Source: Alphaproteobacteria bacterium
Lineage (GTDB): Bacteria > Pseudomonadota > Alphaproteobacteria > CALKHQ01
NCBI GenBank assembly: GCA_965227515.1
Contig: CBDDFZ010000001.1
Location: 2,976,001-3,040,000, forward strand
Direction: 5' to 3'
DNA: 64,000 bases
Position 1 is the first letter of the stretch, and every line of letters starts with the position of its first letter. The position numbers were made by a program, and so were the translations under genes. Of the stretch, positions 39,720 to 52,300 are shown piece by piece. The notes under the pieces are model-generated. The model was given only the letters and a program-made list of their open reading frames with translations. It ran no database searches and had not been told where the DNA came from.

Positions 39720-40181
39720 ATGGCCCAAGCCAACACCGCCTACACGAAGACCGACGACGCCGTCAGCCGCCTGACGCGCGAGCAGTACCGCGTGACCCAG
39801 CAAAACGACACCGAGGCCCCGTTCTCCGGCGAATATGACAAGCATTTCGAGCCGGGCATCTATGTCGACATCGTCTCCGGCGAGCCGCTGTTCGCCTCGT
39901 CGGCCAAGTACAACTCCGGCTGCGGCTGGCCGGCCTTCACAAAGCCCATCGTCGCGGCCAATGTGACCGAGCTGCGTGACACCACCCATGGCATGATCCG
40001 CACCGAAGTGCGGTCGGCGAACGGCGACAGCCATCTGGGCCATGTGTTCCCGGACGGGCCGCCGGACCAGGGTGGCCTGCGCTACTGCATCAACTCGGCC
40101 AGCCTCAGGTTCGTGCCGAGGGCTGATATGGAAGCCCAGGGGTATGGCGCATACCTCGACCAGGTGGAGGACTCACAATGA
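39720..40181 (+). CDS. msrB: Methionine-R-sulfoxide reductase
   Basis: [25 protein letters not shown]. Confidence 0.96.
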   Translation: MAQANTAYTKTDDAVSRLTREQYRVTQQNDTEAPFSGEYDKHFEPGIYVDIVSGEPLFASSAKYNSGCGWPAFTKPIVAANVTELRDTTHGMIRTEVRSANGDSHLGHVFPDGPPDQGGLRYCINSASLRFVPRADMEAQGYGAYLDQVEDSQ

Positions 40182-40684
40182 GCGAAAGGGCTGTGCTGGC
40201 CGGTGGCTGTTTCTGGGGCATGCAGGACCTGATCCGCAAGCTGCCGGGCGTTGAGGCGACCCGCGTGGGCTACACCGGCGGCGACGTGCAGAACGCCACC
40301 TACCGCAATCACGGCAGCCATGCCGAGGGGATCGAGATCGTGTTCGACCCCGGCACCATCAGCTACCGCCGGCTGCTGGAGTTCTTCTTCCAGATCCACG
40401 ACCCGACCACGCTCAACCGGCAGGGCAATGACCGCGGCCCCAGCTATCGCTCGGCGATCTACTACGTCGACGAGGCCCAGAAGGCGGTGGCGGAGGAGAC
40501 CATCGCCGACGTCAACGCCTCCGGCCTGTGGCCCGGCAAGGTGGTGACCGAGGTCGAGCCGGTGGGCGATTTCTGGGAGGCGGAGCCGGAGCACCAGGAC
40601 TATCTGGAGCGGGTGCCGTTCGGCTACACCTGCCACTTCCCGCGCCCCGACTGGGTGCTGCCTAAGCGCCAGGCCGCCGAGTAG
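40178..40684 (+). CDS. msrA: Methionine-S-sulfoxide reductase
   Basis: [26 protein letters not shown]. Confidence 0.96.
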   Translation: MSERAVLAGGCFWGMQDLIRKLPGVEATRVGYTGGDVQNATYRNHGSHAEGIEIVFDPGTISYRRLLEFFFQIHDPTTLNRQGNDRGPSYRSAIYYVDEAQKAVAEETIADVNASGLWPGKVVTEVEPVGDFWEAEPEHQDYLERVPFGYTCHFPRPDWVLPKRQAAE

Positions 40685-40704
40685 GGCCAACAGCGTTACC
40701 AGCC

Positions 40705-40895
40705 GCGTCGCCCCCCCAACGTCGGCCAATAGTCGGCGGCGTCGACATCCCACAGGATGACCACGCCGGTGCCCCGGGTTGTGGATCGGTCGCGGGCGAG
40801 GCGACCGGCTCGCTTACGTCCTCGTCCCGGGCCAGCATTGGGTTTGAGGGATCGTTACCGGCGCCCATGGGCCGAAGGTCGGCGGCGGCATGTAG
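40705..40895 (-). pseudogene. Degenerate duplicate fragment of 44505..44801 of the large toxin-like gene
   Basis: 43-bp identity 40720-40762 = 44519-44561, then an internal deletion and further similarity (SNPMLAxDED). Confidence 0.8.
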
Positions 40896-40998
40896 TTCGG
40901 CGCCAAGCTCATTTGGTGCATTGAAAATCATCTATTTGTTCTCAGGAACATATGCGGTATAACGTGCGCCGATAGAGACTTGTGCTAATGAGGCGGCT

Positions 40999-41946
40999 AT
41001 GTCGTCACGAGATGATATGGCGAAGATATTGACCGCGGGGCTGTGGCCGTTGCTGCGTGACTTGGGGTTCGAACGCATTCAGCGCCGTGTTTTCGTACGC
41101 CGGCAGGACCCCGTGCACTGGCTGGTGGGATTCAGTCACAGGAATTTCAGCTATTACGACATGACTGCTGTATATTACGTGGAAGTCGATAGACTACTGC
41201 AGAAGCTAATTCCTGAGCGCTTGAAGCACCGCTACAACAAGCCAGCGAAAGAATTCAAGCAACCCTGCCACTTCAAAACCATCATGTCGGCGCTGATCAA
41301 GCAGCAGAATAACTATCGTGAGCTGAAGCGGATGAGCGATCACAAGCCGCAGACTTGGCTTGAGAGAAAGCTGGCGCCCAAACCGGAGGAGTTCATTATC
41401 GGCCCGCCCGGCGTTATGCCACACGCGGAGATGCCGAAGCTGACCTGGATGCAACGAAAGTTCCTGCCCTATCTCCAATCCCGGCCAGAAGGCCAATTGG
41501 GGATGGTGCTAAAGAAGTATATTCCACACAAGCACAGCGGGTTTGATCCTTTCAGGCAGGACCCCGAACAGATGGCCATCGACCTGCGCGACCATTGGCG
41601 GGACTATTGCCTGCCTTGGCTGGAGGCATGTGATGACATGCGGTTTGCCTTGTCCCTGCCGTGGTATATGGGCATCGGCCAGCGGTTTGAGCCGGTGGTG
41701 ATGGCGTTCATGGTCGGCGATGAGGAACTGGCATCGCGAAAGATCGGGGCATGGCGGCGCATTGCGGAGATGACGGACGAGGAGCTGTTCGAGCGTCGAT
41801 ACAAAGCCTTGCGACGGACAGTACGCGATGAGAAAAAACGTGCCGCGCGAGCTCGCGCATCGGTTCAACCCTCCAAACAGTCCGGCAAGGAGATTTATGA
41901 AATCTTTCAGATCATAGCCGCTCACTTCGGTTGGCAGGATGTATGA
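40999..41946 (+). CDS. Hypothetical basic protein, DUF4304-like N-terminus; candidate immunity protein
   Basis: GAGG RBS; LWPLLRDLGFER; YCLPWLE; more AT-rich than flanks. Confidence 0.6.
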   Translation: MSSRDDMAKILTAGLWPLLRDLGFERIQRRVFVRRQDPVHWLVGFSHRNFSYYDMTAVYYVEVDRLLQKLIPERLKHRYNKPAKEFKQPCHFKTIMSALIKQQNNYRELKRMSDHKPQTWLERKLAPKPEEFIIGPPGVMPHAEMPKLTWMQRKFLPYLQSRPEGQLGMVLKKYIPHKHSGFDPFRQDPEQMAIDLRDHWRDYCLPWLEACDDMRFALSLPWYMGIGQRFEPVVMAFMVGDEELASRKIGAWRRIAEMTDEELFERRYKALRRTVRDEKKRAARARASVQPSKQSGKEIYEIFQIIAAHFGWQDV

Positions 41947-44900
41947 TCAACGGGCCTTTGCTTCAGTGAACAACGAACTCTAACCACTACTCATCATCCG
42001 CGAGCTCGTGCAGCAACCTGGCGCTGGCCGACATGTTGATCATTATATAGAGGTCGATCACGGTCCATCGGTCGATGTTGAAGTGATAGTGCGCGATGAC
42101 ATCCCGCCGAATGGCGTCTTTCTGAACATCGGTCAGGCTGGCCCATTTTGGTCGTGACAGGAAATCGTCAAACAGGTCTAGGATTTCGTTTGTCGGGATA
42201 TCTCGCACCCGAATGCGGAAATAGTGGGCGCCTGCAATGATATCTGCGTCCTCGAGTAGTTCATCGATCCGTTCCTGTCGTGCGGTTCGGCTGCCGTCAA
42301 CCTTCGTCTCAATGGCGTTGAATACTTGCCGCTCGGCAAGTTCATCACTGAGCATCAGGAGTTCGTAAGCGCCACCGGCGTCGCTGGAAAGGCCGTCGGG
42401 TATGCGGGTTATGCCGGTGGTCTCATCGAAGACGCGTTGCTGGCGGACGATTGTGTTGGGCGGCAATTTTCCATCCAGTCGTGCCAAATCCTCAACCGTG
42501 ATGACATCGATACCCATGTCTTCGAACAACTTGAACAGGTGGTTCTCGCCAGCGGCACCCTTGATGTAGTTGTAGAGTCCGCCAATTCTATTTTGCATCT
42601 CCGGCGTGAACGTGTGCCAAGCCTGTCTGAAGTAGCGTTCGGGCGGGACTTCGCCGAATGGTTCCGTGCCGTGATTGTTCATCCAGTTGATATAAGTCTT
42701 CGCTCGGAATTGTCTGAAGCGTTCTGACCGACTGCCGACGCGAAATACCAGATGCTTTACCGCACGCGGGATGACGACTAGGCCAGTCACCGTTCCTGCC
42801 GCATCCAGCACCGCAAGGAGGCCGTTGCCCGCCGCGGCGGCCCAATCGCCCCGTTCAACTGCATCGGATATCGCTTCTATGTCCTCCGCCAACGCTTCGG
42901 CGGCGCGGGCGTTGCCGATGATCGGCAGCATGTCGAGGACCAGTTCGGTGACGAACTCGGTCGGGAATTCCATGTCCGGGTAGAGCGCCGGCAGCATCAG
43001 CCTGGAGGCTTGGTCCCAATCCAGTTCGCCGGCGTCGATGGCGGCCTGGATTTCCTCCGCCGCCGCGTACACGTCCTCGAGGGCGTCGTAGTTGCCGGCG
43101 CGGGCGAAGGATTCGGTCAGTTCGGCGGCCGCCTGCCACGCGTCGATCTCGCCGGTTTTCCATGCGGCGAAGGTGTCCAAGCGCTCACCGCCGTGGACAT
43201 CGAGCATGATGTCTTCGAGCGTTTCTGTTGGGGCAGAAATGATGGCCGTGCCGTTGCCATCCACGAACGCGGGATACTCGCCTTCAGCCGTCGGTTCAGC
43301 GATGGTGAAGCCAGTCGCGTCTGCGAAGCGGTCGCGCAACTCGTCGGCGCTCATTTGGCCGTGTTCGAGCTGCCGCGCGAACATCGCATGCGCGAACATT
43401 GGTGACAGCACGACCTGCGCGGCCCCGAGGCCGCGATCGCGCGCCTGTTGCCGATGTTCGACCGCGTCCTCCGGTCGGTTGGCGGCGTTGGCCTTGTTCA
43501 GCAAACCGGAGTGCGTGTCGATGACGCCTTGGACGAAGACATGCATGGGACGCAGCGGGTTATCGTCGTCGTCGAGTTCTTCGACGCGTGCAGCCAGCCG
43601 AGTTCTTGCCTCGGTCCACTGCTCTTGGTTTTCTGCAAACGTGAGCGCAAGGATATCGAGGGCCAGGCCGTGAACGAAGGCGGCTTCGTCTGGTCTGACG
43701 ATGGCGCTGCCGGGCGCGAGGGTCAGGACGCCGCCGTCAATGCCTGCCAGCGCGGCTCCGTTGGCGATGTCCCAGACGACGGTCTCGCCGTTGGCGCTGT
43801 TGGTGACGACGGCGAAGCGGCCTGACGGATCGATCAGGTCGCCTGCGTAGTGCGCACCGTTCTCGTCGGTGATCGGAGTATCGGCGTCTTCGTTCCAGAG
43901 TACGAATGTGCCTGCATCGTCGGCAATGCGCGTGCCCAGGTGATCCGATGGCGCAACGGCCAAGGCGTCCAGGTCGACGGTGTTTGCAATTGGATTGCCG
44001 GCCGTTTCGCCCCCACCATCGCCATCGAACAGGGCGTCGATGTCGCCACCGGTGTCGGCGAGTTGCATGCCGTCGATACGGCTGGCGAGGGACTCGGTGC
44101 CGTCTTCAGAATCGGAATCCGCGTTCGGACCGGAGGCCGCGCTCGGCCCCCAGAGCTGGGAGGCGAGGGCGGGGTTTTCGAGCGCTTCGACGAAGCGGTT
44201 GACGAGGGTGCGGCCCTGGTCGGTGACCTCCTCGATGGCGCGGGCGTTGCCCCAGAAGCGCGCCGGCATCATGTCGCTGGCAATGCGGGGAATGAGGTCG
44301 TTGATGAGATCGCGGAAGGCGTGCAGCGGGTGCTCCGGGTCTTGCGCCGCCGTGTGCAAAGACTGGGCGGCGTGCACGGCACCGGGGCTGCCGTGTAATG
44401 GCGCGTTGGCGATGGCGTCGACCTCGACCGCGGCACCAATGAGGGAGGCGATGCGCGCCGGGTTCAGCTCCGGGATCTTCAGCAGCGCGGGGTCGATGGC
44501 GACGGCGTCGCCCTCCAGCGTCGGCCAATAGTCGGCGGCGTCGACATCCCACAGGATGACCTCGCCGGTCGCGGTGTCGCGGGCGAGGCCGAAGGGCGGC
44601 GGGTTGACCCCAGTGCCGTGCTCCAGGCCGCGCGGGGTGGGCGCAGTCGACCGGTTGGCGGGGGCGGCAACGACGATGTAATGGCCGCCGTCGGGCGAAG
44701 CGACCGGCTTGTTGGCGTCCTCGTCCCAGGCCAGCATGGGGTTGGAGCGGGCGATACCGGCACCGATGGGTCGAAGGCCCGGGGTAGTGCGGGCATCGTA
44801 GTGCGGCAGCAGTTGCCACTGCGCGGCGGATTGCGCCCAGCGCGCGGCATCGCTGGGCGGGATCGTCACGTCGGGGTCGAACAGCACGCTGGCGCCGGCG

Positions 44901-45188
44901 ACCCGTCCATTGCCGTCGACCAGACGCTGGGCGGCGGGCCTGTTGGGTGTCGTAGGCCGGTCTGACCCCTCGTCCGGTGCTGGAGGTTCAGCCCGCTCCT
45001 GCGCTTCCGGCGTGTCAGGAGATTGGGACGAAGGCTTGGGCGGTTCGGCGGCGTCAAGCGTCTCGGTCGCCGGCGGCGCGGAAGCTGCGACACTGGCGCG
45101 CGGCGGCCGGGGCGTAGCGGGTGTTGGAGGCTGCTCAGGCGCATCCGCAGGGGGCACCGGCGCATAGGTGATTGCGGTTGACGCTCTA

Positions 45189-46009
45189 GGGCCTGTTGAG
45201 ATTCATCGCGAGTTTATGACAGCTGCTGCGAGATGGATGATGGCGTTGAAGCTTGTGTCGGTTTTGTCTGCACGCATGGCGATTCGCTTGAACTCTTTGA
45301 GTTTGCAGAAGAAGTTTTCGATCAGATGACGCCATTTGTACATCTCGGCGTCGATTTGCAGCGGGCTGGCGCGGCGCGGATGCTGGGATATGACGATCTT
45401 GGCACCGCGCTCGTTGAGGTCAGCAACGATGGCGCTGGTGTCGAACGCTTTGTCCGCGATCATCGCCTTGAAGGAGAGTCCGTCGATGAGCGGCGGCACG
45501 CCAACCGTATCGTAGCGATGGCCGGGCAGGAGCACGAAACGCACCAGATTGCCAAGCGCATCACACAGCGCGAGGATCTTCGTCGTCATCCCGCCCTTGG
45601 AGCGGCCGATGGCCTGGCTTTGAGTCCCCCTTTTGCGCCCTGGCCGTGGCGGTGCACCTTGACAATGGTGGCATCAACCATGGCGTATTCCATGTCCGGC
45701 TCGTCCAAGCAGGCCTCGAACAGCCGCACGAAGACGTCTGCTTTGACCCAGTCGCGGTATCGCTTAAAGACCGTGTTCCAAGGGCCAAAAGATGTCGGGA
45801 GATCACGCCACGGGCTGCCCGTACGCACCACCCACAGCACGGCTTCGACAAAGCGCCGGTTGTCAGCGCCACTGCGGCCCGGATCGCTCGGCTTGCCCAA
45901 GCAATGGGGTTCCATCTTCGCCCATTGGGCGTCACTCAGTACGAATCGTTCCATCCGAAGCTTGAATCACAACCAAGCACGGAGAGGAATCCTGAATCTC
46001 AACAGGCCT
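45189..46009 (-). mobile_element. IS5-family insertion sequence (IS427-like, two ORFs)
   Basis: 17-bp IRs (G/A)GGCCTGTTGAGATTCA; TA duplication at 45187-88 and 46010-11. Confidence 0.93.
45203..45954 (-). CDS. IS5 transposase, -1 frameshift at AAAAGGGGG (45626-45634)
   Basis: LSDAQW, RTGSPWRDLP, VDAT; ADKAFD, YKWRHLIENFF. Confidence 0.9.
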
Positions 46010-46488
46010 TAGACGAGGCCTTCGTGCGCACCGTCGAACGCCATAGCGGTGCTGCGGGGATGCCCCATCGGTCGAGCGCTGCGTTGGCGGCATCGACCGC
46101 CTTGCCTGCCAGCGAGGTCGGTTCGGACTTGCCGGTGCGCTTGAGGTTCCGGCTGGACCGTTTTTGATCGTCTTGTGTATCGATACTGCCGGACGGCGGG
46201 GTGACCGCGGAGGGGCGGGTGCGCGCACGAGAGGGCGCCGAGGCCTGGTCGTGCGTCGTCGCCGCCTCATGGCTCAGCGACGTCACCGACCGGCGTGTTC
46301 TCCGCGTGCGCTGGCCGCTGGACGGCACTTGACTGGCGGTCGCGCCGCTGGATCGCGTGCGTCCGACATAGTTTTCGCTGTCGTCGTCGGCCTGGTCGAT
46401 CCGGACCGTGGTGCCGACCCGGTCTGGCCGTCGGCTGAGGTTGGAGAGCGCGAAAGGAAGTCTGGCCATGACGGGGGATCCATATAAT

Positions 46489-46527
46489 GTTCGTGATATG
46501 TTTACTAATAATACCTATGATTGTCAA
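46489..46527 (-). promoter_or_regulatory. Sigma70-type promoter overlapped by LexA-like box
   Basis: Minus strand TTGACA-17bp-TAAACA; GTTC-N7-GTTT at 46489-46503. Confidence 0.5.
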
Positions 46528-46714
46528 TCTTGTTCGTTACTCTCGCCTATGTATGTGTGCGGCGACATGTTGAAGGCGACGGTTCGTATCGCGATCTGGC
46601 CGTGGCGCGTGCCACCTCGTATCTTGGGGTCCGTATCTTGGGCCCCGTATCATGCGGCTGGTATCATGCGGACTGCCGCCTACTGGCCGACCCGAACCGA
46701 AACGAGGACGTTCG

Positions 46715-47887
46715 ATGCTGCCCAATGCCCTGCCCGCGTTGAACTTCGCCCTGGGGGAGGCGGCCGACCTGTTGCGCGACAGCGTGGCGAGCTTCGCGTC
46801 CGACCGCATCGCGCCGCGCGCGGCGGAAATCGACCGCACCAACCAATTCCCGCGCGACCTGTGGCCGGAAATGGGGGCGCTGGGCCTGCACGGCATCACG
46901 GTGGAGGAAGCGGACGGCGGCGCCGGCATGGGCTATCTGGAGCACGCGGTGGCGATGGAGGAGGTGAGCCGCGCCTCGGCCTCGGTCGGGCTCAGCTACG
47001 GCGCCCACTCCAACCTCTGCGTCAACCAGATCCGCCGCCACGCGACCCCGGAACAGAAGGCGCGGGTGCTGCCGAAGCTGATCTCCGGCGAGCATGTCGG
47101 CGCGCTGTCGATGAGCGAGGCGGGTGCGGGTTCCGACGTGGTCTCGATGACGTGCCGGGCCACCCGCCGGGGCGACCGTTACGTGCTGAACGGCACCAAG
47201 ATGTGGTGCACCAACGGGCCCGAGGCTGACGTGCTGGTGGTCTATGCCAAGACCGATCCGGATGCCGGCAAGCACGGCATCACCGCCTTCCTGGTGGAGA
47301 AGGGGATGGCCGGGTTCTCGACCGCGCAGAAGCTCGACAAGCTCGGCATGCGCGGGTCGGACACGTCGGAGCTGGTGTTCCAGGACTGCGAGGTGCCGGC
47401 AGAGAACGTGCTGGGCCAGGTCGGCGGTGGCGTGGGCGTGTTGATGAGCGGGCTCGACTATGAGCGGGTGGTGCTGGCCGCCGGCCCGCTTGGCATCATG
47501 CAGGCGTGCATGGACCTGGTGCTGCCTTATGTCCACGAGCGCCAGCAGTTCGGCCGGCCGATCGGCGCGTTCCAACTGATGCAGGCGAAGATTGCCGATA
47601 TGTACACCACGATGAACGCGGCGCGCGCCTATGTGTACGCGGTCGCCCAGGCCTGCGACCGGGGCGAGACCACGCGCGCCGATGCCGCCGGCGCCATCCT
47701 CTATGCCGCGGAGCGGGCCACCTGGATGGCGCTGGAGGCGGTGCAGGCCCTCGGCGGCAATGGCTACATCAACGAGTTCCCGGCCGGCCGCCTGTTGCGG
47801 GATGCCAAACTCTACGAGATCGGCGCCGGCACGTCGGAGATCAGGCGCATGCTGATCGGCCGCGAGTTGTTCGAGCAGACGGCTTGA
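46715..47887 (+). CDS. ivd: Isovaleryl-CoA dehydrogenase
   Basis: [50 protein letters not shown]. Confidence 0.95.
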   Translation: MLPNALPALNFALGEAADLLRDSVASFASDRIAPRAAEIDRTNQFPRDLWPEMGALGLHGITVEEADGGAGMGYLEHAVAMEEVSRASASVGLSYGAHSNLCVNQIRRHATPEQKARVLPKLISGEHVGALSMSEAGAGSDVVSMTCRATRRGDRYVLNGTKMWCTNGPEADVLVVYAKTDPDAGKHGITAFLVEKGMAGFSTAQKLDKLGMRGSDTSELVFQDCEVPAENVLGQVGGGVGVLMSGLDYERVVLAAGPLGIMQACMDLVLPYVHERQQFGRPIGAFQLMQAKIADMYTTMNAARAYVYAVAQACDRGETTRADAAGAILYAAERATWMALEAVQALGGNGYINEFPAGRLLRDAKLYEIGAGTSEIRRMLIGRELFEQTA

Positions 47888-47899
47888 GGGAGCAGGCGG

Positions 47900-48286
47900 G
47901 TGAGGGGTGAACGCATTTCTTCAGGGTCGTCGTTCGAGGAACTGGCCGGCTATGCCCGTGCGGTGGTCGACGGGCCGTGGGTCATGGTCTCCGGCACCAC
48001 CGGGTTCGACTACGCCGCCGGCACCATCGACGACGACGTGGTCGCCCAGACCCGCCAGTGCTTCCGCAACATCGCCACGGCCCTGGATCAGGCGGGCGCC
48101 AGCCTGGACGATCTGGTGCGCATCCGCATCTACTTGGCCGACGCCGCCGATTTCGAGCGGGTGGCGCCGGTGATCGGCGAGCACTGCCGCGCCGCGCGGC
48201 CGGCCAACACCACGGTGATCGCCCAACTTGTCGACCCCCGCATGAAGATCGAGATCGAGGTCACCGCTAGGCGCGGCTCCGATTGA
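47900..48286 (+). CDS. RidA-family protein
   Basis: GYARAV, VSGTTG, RPANT, IEIEVTA. Confidence 0.9.
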   Translation: MRGERISSGSSFEELAGYARAVVDGPWVMVSGTTGFDYAAGTIDDDVVAQTRQCFRNIATALDQAGASLDDLVRIRIYLADAADFERVAPVIGEHCRAARPANTTVIAQLVDPRMKIEIEVTARRGSD

Positions 48287-48334
48287 CACCGCCTAATTGA
48301 CTTCGGGGCCAATCCCGAGTGCTATGCCCGCACC

Positions 48335-48937
48335 ATGGCCGACCCCATCGACTTTTACTTCGACTTTTCAAGCCCGTACGGATACCTCGCCAGCACCCGT
48401 ATCGACGAGGTCGCGGCCCGCCACGGCCGCACCGTGCATTGGCGCCCGATCTTGCTCGGCGCCGTGTTCAAGGTCTCCGGCGCCAGCCCGCTGATCGCCC
48501 AGCCGCTGAAGGGCGACTACGCCCGCCGCGACCTTGCCCGCCATGCAAGGCGCATGGGTGAGGGCTTCCAGTTGCCGGAGCCGTTTCCGTTCGCCGCCAT
48601 CGCCGTCTCGCGCGTGTTCTATTGGCTGGCCGGGGACGATCCGGAACGGGCCGTTGCCTTCGCCAAGGCGGTCTACAACAAGAGCTTCGTCGACGGCGCC
48701 AACATGGCCGATCAGGATCAGGTGCGCGCCACACTGTCCAGCGTGGGCGGGGACTACGATGCCGCCCAGGCGGCCCTCGCCGACCCGGAGGTCAAGAACC
48801 GGCTGCGCGTGGCGGTGGAGCAGGCCATCGAGATCGGGGTCTGCGGGTCGCCGTACTTCATTGTCGACGGGGAACCGTTCTGGGGCGTCGATCGCCTGCC
48901 CGACCTGGAGGCGTGGCTCGAAACAGGCGGGTGGTAG
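48335..48937 (+). CDS. 2-hydroxychromene-2-carboxylate isomerase / GST-kappa family
   Basis: [29 protein letters not shown]. Confidence 0.9.
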   Translation: MADPIDFYFDFSSPYGYLASTRIDEVAARHGRTVHWRPILLGAVFKVSGASPLIAQPLKGDYARRDLARHARRMGEGFQLPEPFPFAAIAVSRVFYWLAGDDPERAVAFAKAVYNKSFVDGANMADQDQVRATLSSVGGDYDAAQAALADPEVKNRLRVAVEQAIEIGVCGSPYFIVDGEPFWGVDRLPDLEAWLETGGW

Positions 48938-48944
48938 GCGGCCC

Positions 48945-50537
<1,593 letters not shown>

Positions 50538-50542
50538 CCCTC

Positions 50543-51340
50543 GTGCCAAGCAATCTCGCAAGCGACCGTCTCATAATCGACCGGCGCGCCCACGGGGTGG
50601 TGGAGATCACCCTGAACAGCCCGGCCAACCACAACGCCTTCGACGAGCACATGATCGCGGCGCTGACCGCGGCTTTCGCCGGCCTGGGCGATGCGCGTGC
50701 CGTGCTGCTGCGCGGTGCCGGGAAGAGCTTCTGTGCCGGGGCCGACCTGAACTGGATGCAGCGGATGGCCGCCCTCGACCAAGCGGCGAATGAAGCCGAT
50801 GCCAGGCTGTTCGCGGCGATGCTGCTGACGCTGCGCCAACTGCCGGTGCCGACGGTGGCACTGGTGCACGGGGCCGCGTTCGGCGGCGGGGTCGGGCTGG
50901 CGGCGGCCTGCGATATCGCGATTGCGCATCGTGGCGCGAAGTTCAGCCTGTCGGAGGTGAAGCTCGGCCTGATCCCGGCGGTGATCTCGCCCTACGTGCT
51001 GGGGGCCATCGGCCCTCGCCATGCGCGCCGCCTGATGCTGACCGGCGAGGTGTTCGATGCCGCCACCGCGCTGCGCGTGGGGCTGGTCAGCGAGGTGGCC
51101 GACGACTTGGACGCCGCCCGCGACAGCATCGTCGACCTGCTGCTGCAGGCGGGTCCGGCGGCGCAAGCGGAGGTGAAGACACAGATCGTCGCCATGCAGG
51201 GCCGCACGGTCGATGACGCCACGGCCAGCGACACCGCGCGGCGCATCGCCGAGATCCGGGCGACGCCGGAGGGGCGCGAGGGCGTCAACGCGTTCCTGGA
51301 GCGGCGCCCGCCGGCCTGGCGGCCCAAGAGCGACAGCTAG
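50543..51340 (+). CDS. liuC: Methylglutaconyl-CoA hydratase (enoyl-CoA hydratase family)
   Basis: FCAGADLNWM, FSLSEVKLGLIPAVISPYV, EGREG; GTG start estimated. Confidence 0.88.
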   Translation: MPSNLASDRLIIDRRAHGVVEITLNSPANHNAFDEHMIAALTAAFAGLGDARAVLLRGAGKSFCAGADLNWMQRMAALDQAANEADARLFAAMLLTLRQLPVPTVALVHGAAFGGGVGLAAACDIAIAHRGAKFSLSEVKLGLIPAVISPYVLGAIGPRHARRLMLTGEVFDAATALRVGLVSEVADDLDAARDSIVDLLLQAGPAAQAEVKTQIVAMQGRTVDDATASDTARRIAEIRATPEGREGVNAFLERRPPAWRPKSDS

Positions 51341-51343
51341 ACC

Positions 51344-52300
51344 ATGCCCCGGCGCCTTGACTGGAGCCTGACCGTCTCGATTCTGATCCTGTTCCTGATC
51401 GCGGTGTCGACGGACTCCCTGTCGCCGGTCGACGAGCCGGCGGAGCGCATTGCCTTCGTGGCGGTCGTCTTCTTCTCCATGGCCGGGTGCATCGCCACCA
51501 TCTATCTCGCGTTCTCCCCGACCCAGCTCTTCACCCTGTCCATCACCGCCTTCCTGTCGCTCTACACCTGCATCTACGGCCTGATCGTCTCGGTCAATTT
51601 CCAGGGCATCGGGTTCTGGCCGCTGCTGGTCGGCTATCCGGTGCCGGTGGCCGCCTTCGTGCTCAGCATCTGGCGGCGGCGCCACCACATCCGCACCGCC
51701 GTGGCCGCGCGCAGCGAGGACATCGGGCCGAATACGCCGATCACCCCGTGGTGGCTGCCGGCCTATGTGGTCGTGGGCATCGCCACCTTCACCATTCCGT
51801 CGTTCGGGTTCGCTGAGAACGAGCTCAACTGGGTGTTCGTGGCCTCCATGGCCGCAATTGCCAGCATCGTCGTGTTCTCCAGCCGCGACAGCATCGTGGT
51901 GCTGCTGTCGACGGGGCGGGTGTTCGAGAACTTGTTCGGCCGGCTCGCCCGCATTGCGGTGCCGACCTTCGCGTTCCTGACCCTCTACCTGATCAACGTC
52001 ATCGTGTTCGGCGCGGTCTACAGGCTGCTGGGCCAGTGGGGCAACCAGGCCCATTTTGCCGTCGAGGGCACGCCGCAAACGCTCAGCTTTACCGACAGCA
52101 TCTACTTCTCGGTGGTCACCCTCAGCACTGTCGGCTACGGCTCCATCGTGCCGATCAGCGACACCGCGAAGATGATCGTGGCGGTGCAGATCGTGTTCGG
52201 TGCCGTTCTGGTGCTGGTCGGCCTGTCGGAAATCCTGGCCTACACCCGCGACCGGCGGCATGCCCACGACCACAAGGAAGGGCAGGGGCCCGATGCCTGA
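51344..52300 (+). CDS. Potassium channel family protein
   Basis: Multi-TM; pore YFSVVTLSTVGYG. Confidence 0.85.
   Translation: MPRRLDWSLTVSILILFLIAVSTDSLSPVDEPAERIAFVAVVFFSMAGCIATIYLAFSPTQLFTLSITAFLSLYTCIYGLIVSVNFQGIGFWPLLVGYPVPVAAFVLSIWRRRHHIRTAVAARSEDIGPNTPITPWWLPAYVVVGIATFTIPSFGFAENELNWVFVASMAAIASIVVFSSRDSIVVLLSTGRVFENLFGRLARIAVPTFAFLTLYLINVIVFGAVYRLLGQWGNQAHFAVEGTPQTLSFTDSIYFSVVTLSTVGYGSIVPISDTAKMIVAVQIVFGAVLVLVGLSEILAYTRDRRHAHDHKEGQGPDA

Larger units (their letters stand above)
41987..46469 (-). pseudogene. Polymorphic-toxin-like protein (~1219 aa when reconstructed), interrupted by IS5
   Basis: ORFs 46469..46012 and 45188..41987 join in frame after IS removal; LDMLPIIGNA pre-toxin motif; GAAGE..RIPD..IETK..TARQ. 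Confidence 0.75.

Noticed and set aside
40662-40931. 89-aa ORF as a functional gene
   Set aside because: It is a deleted, frameshifted copy of part of the toxin gene and overlaps the end of msrA
40946-40960. LexA box GAAC-N7-GTAT before the immunity candidate
   Set aside because: Second half-site too degenerate to call
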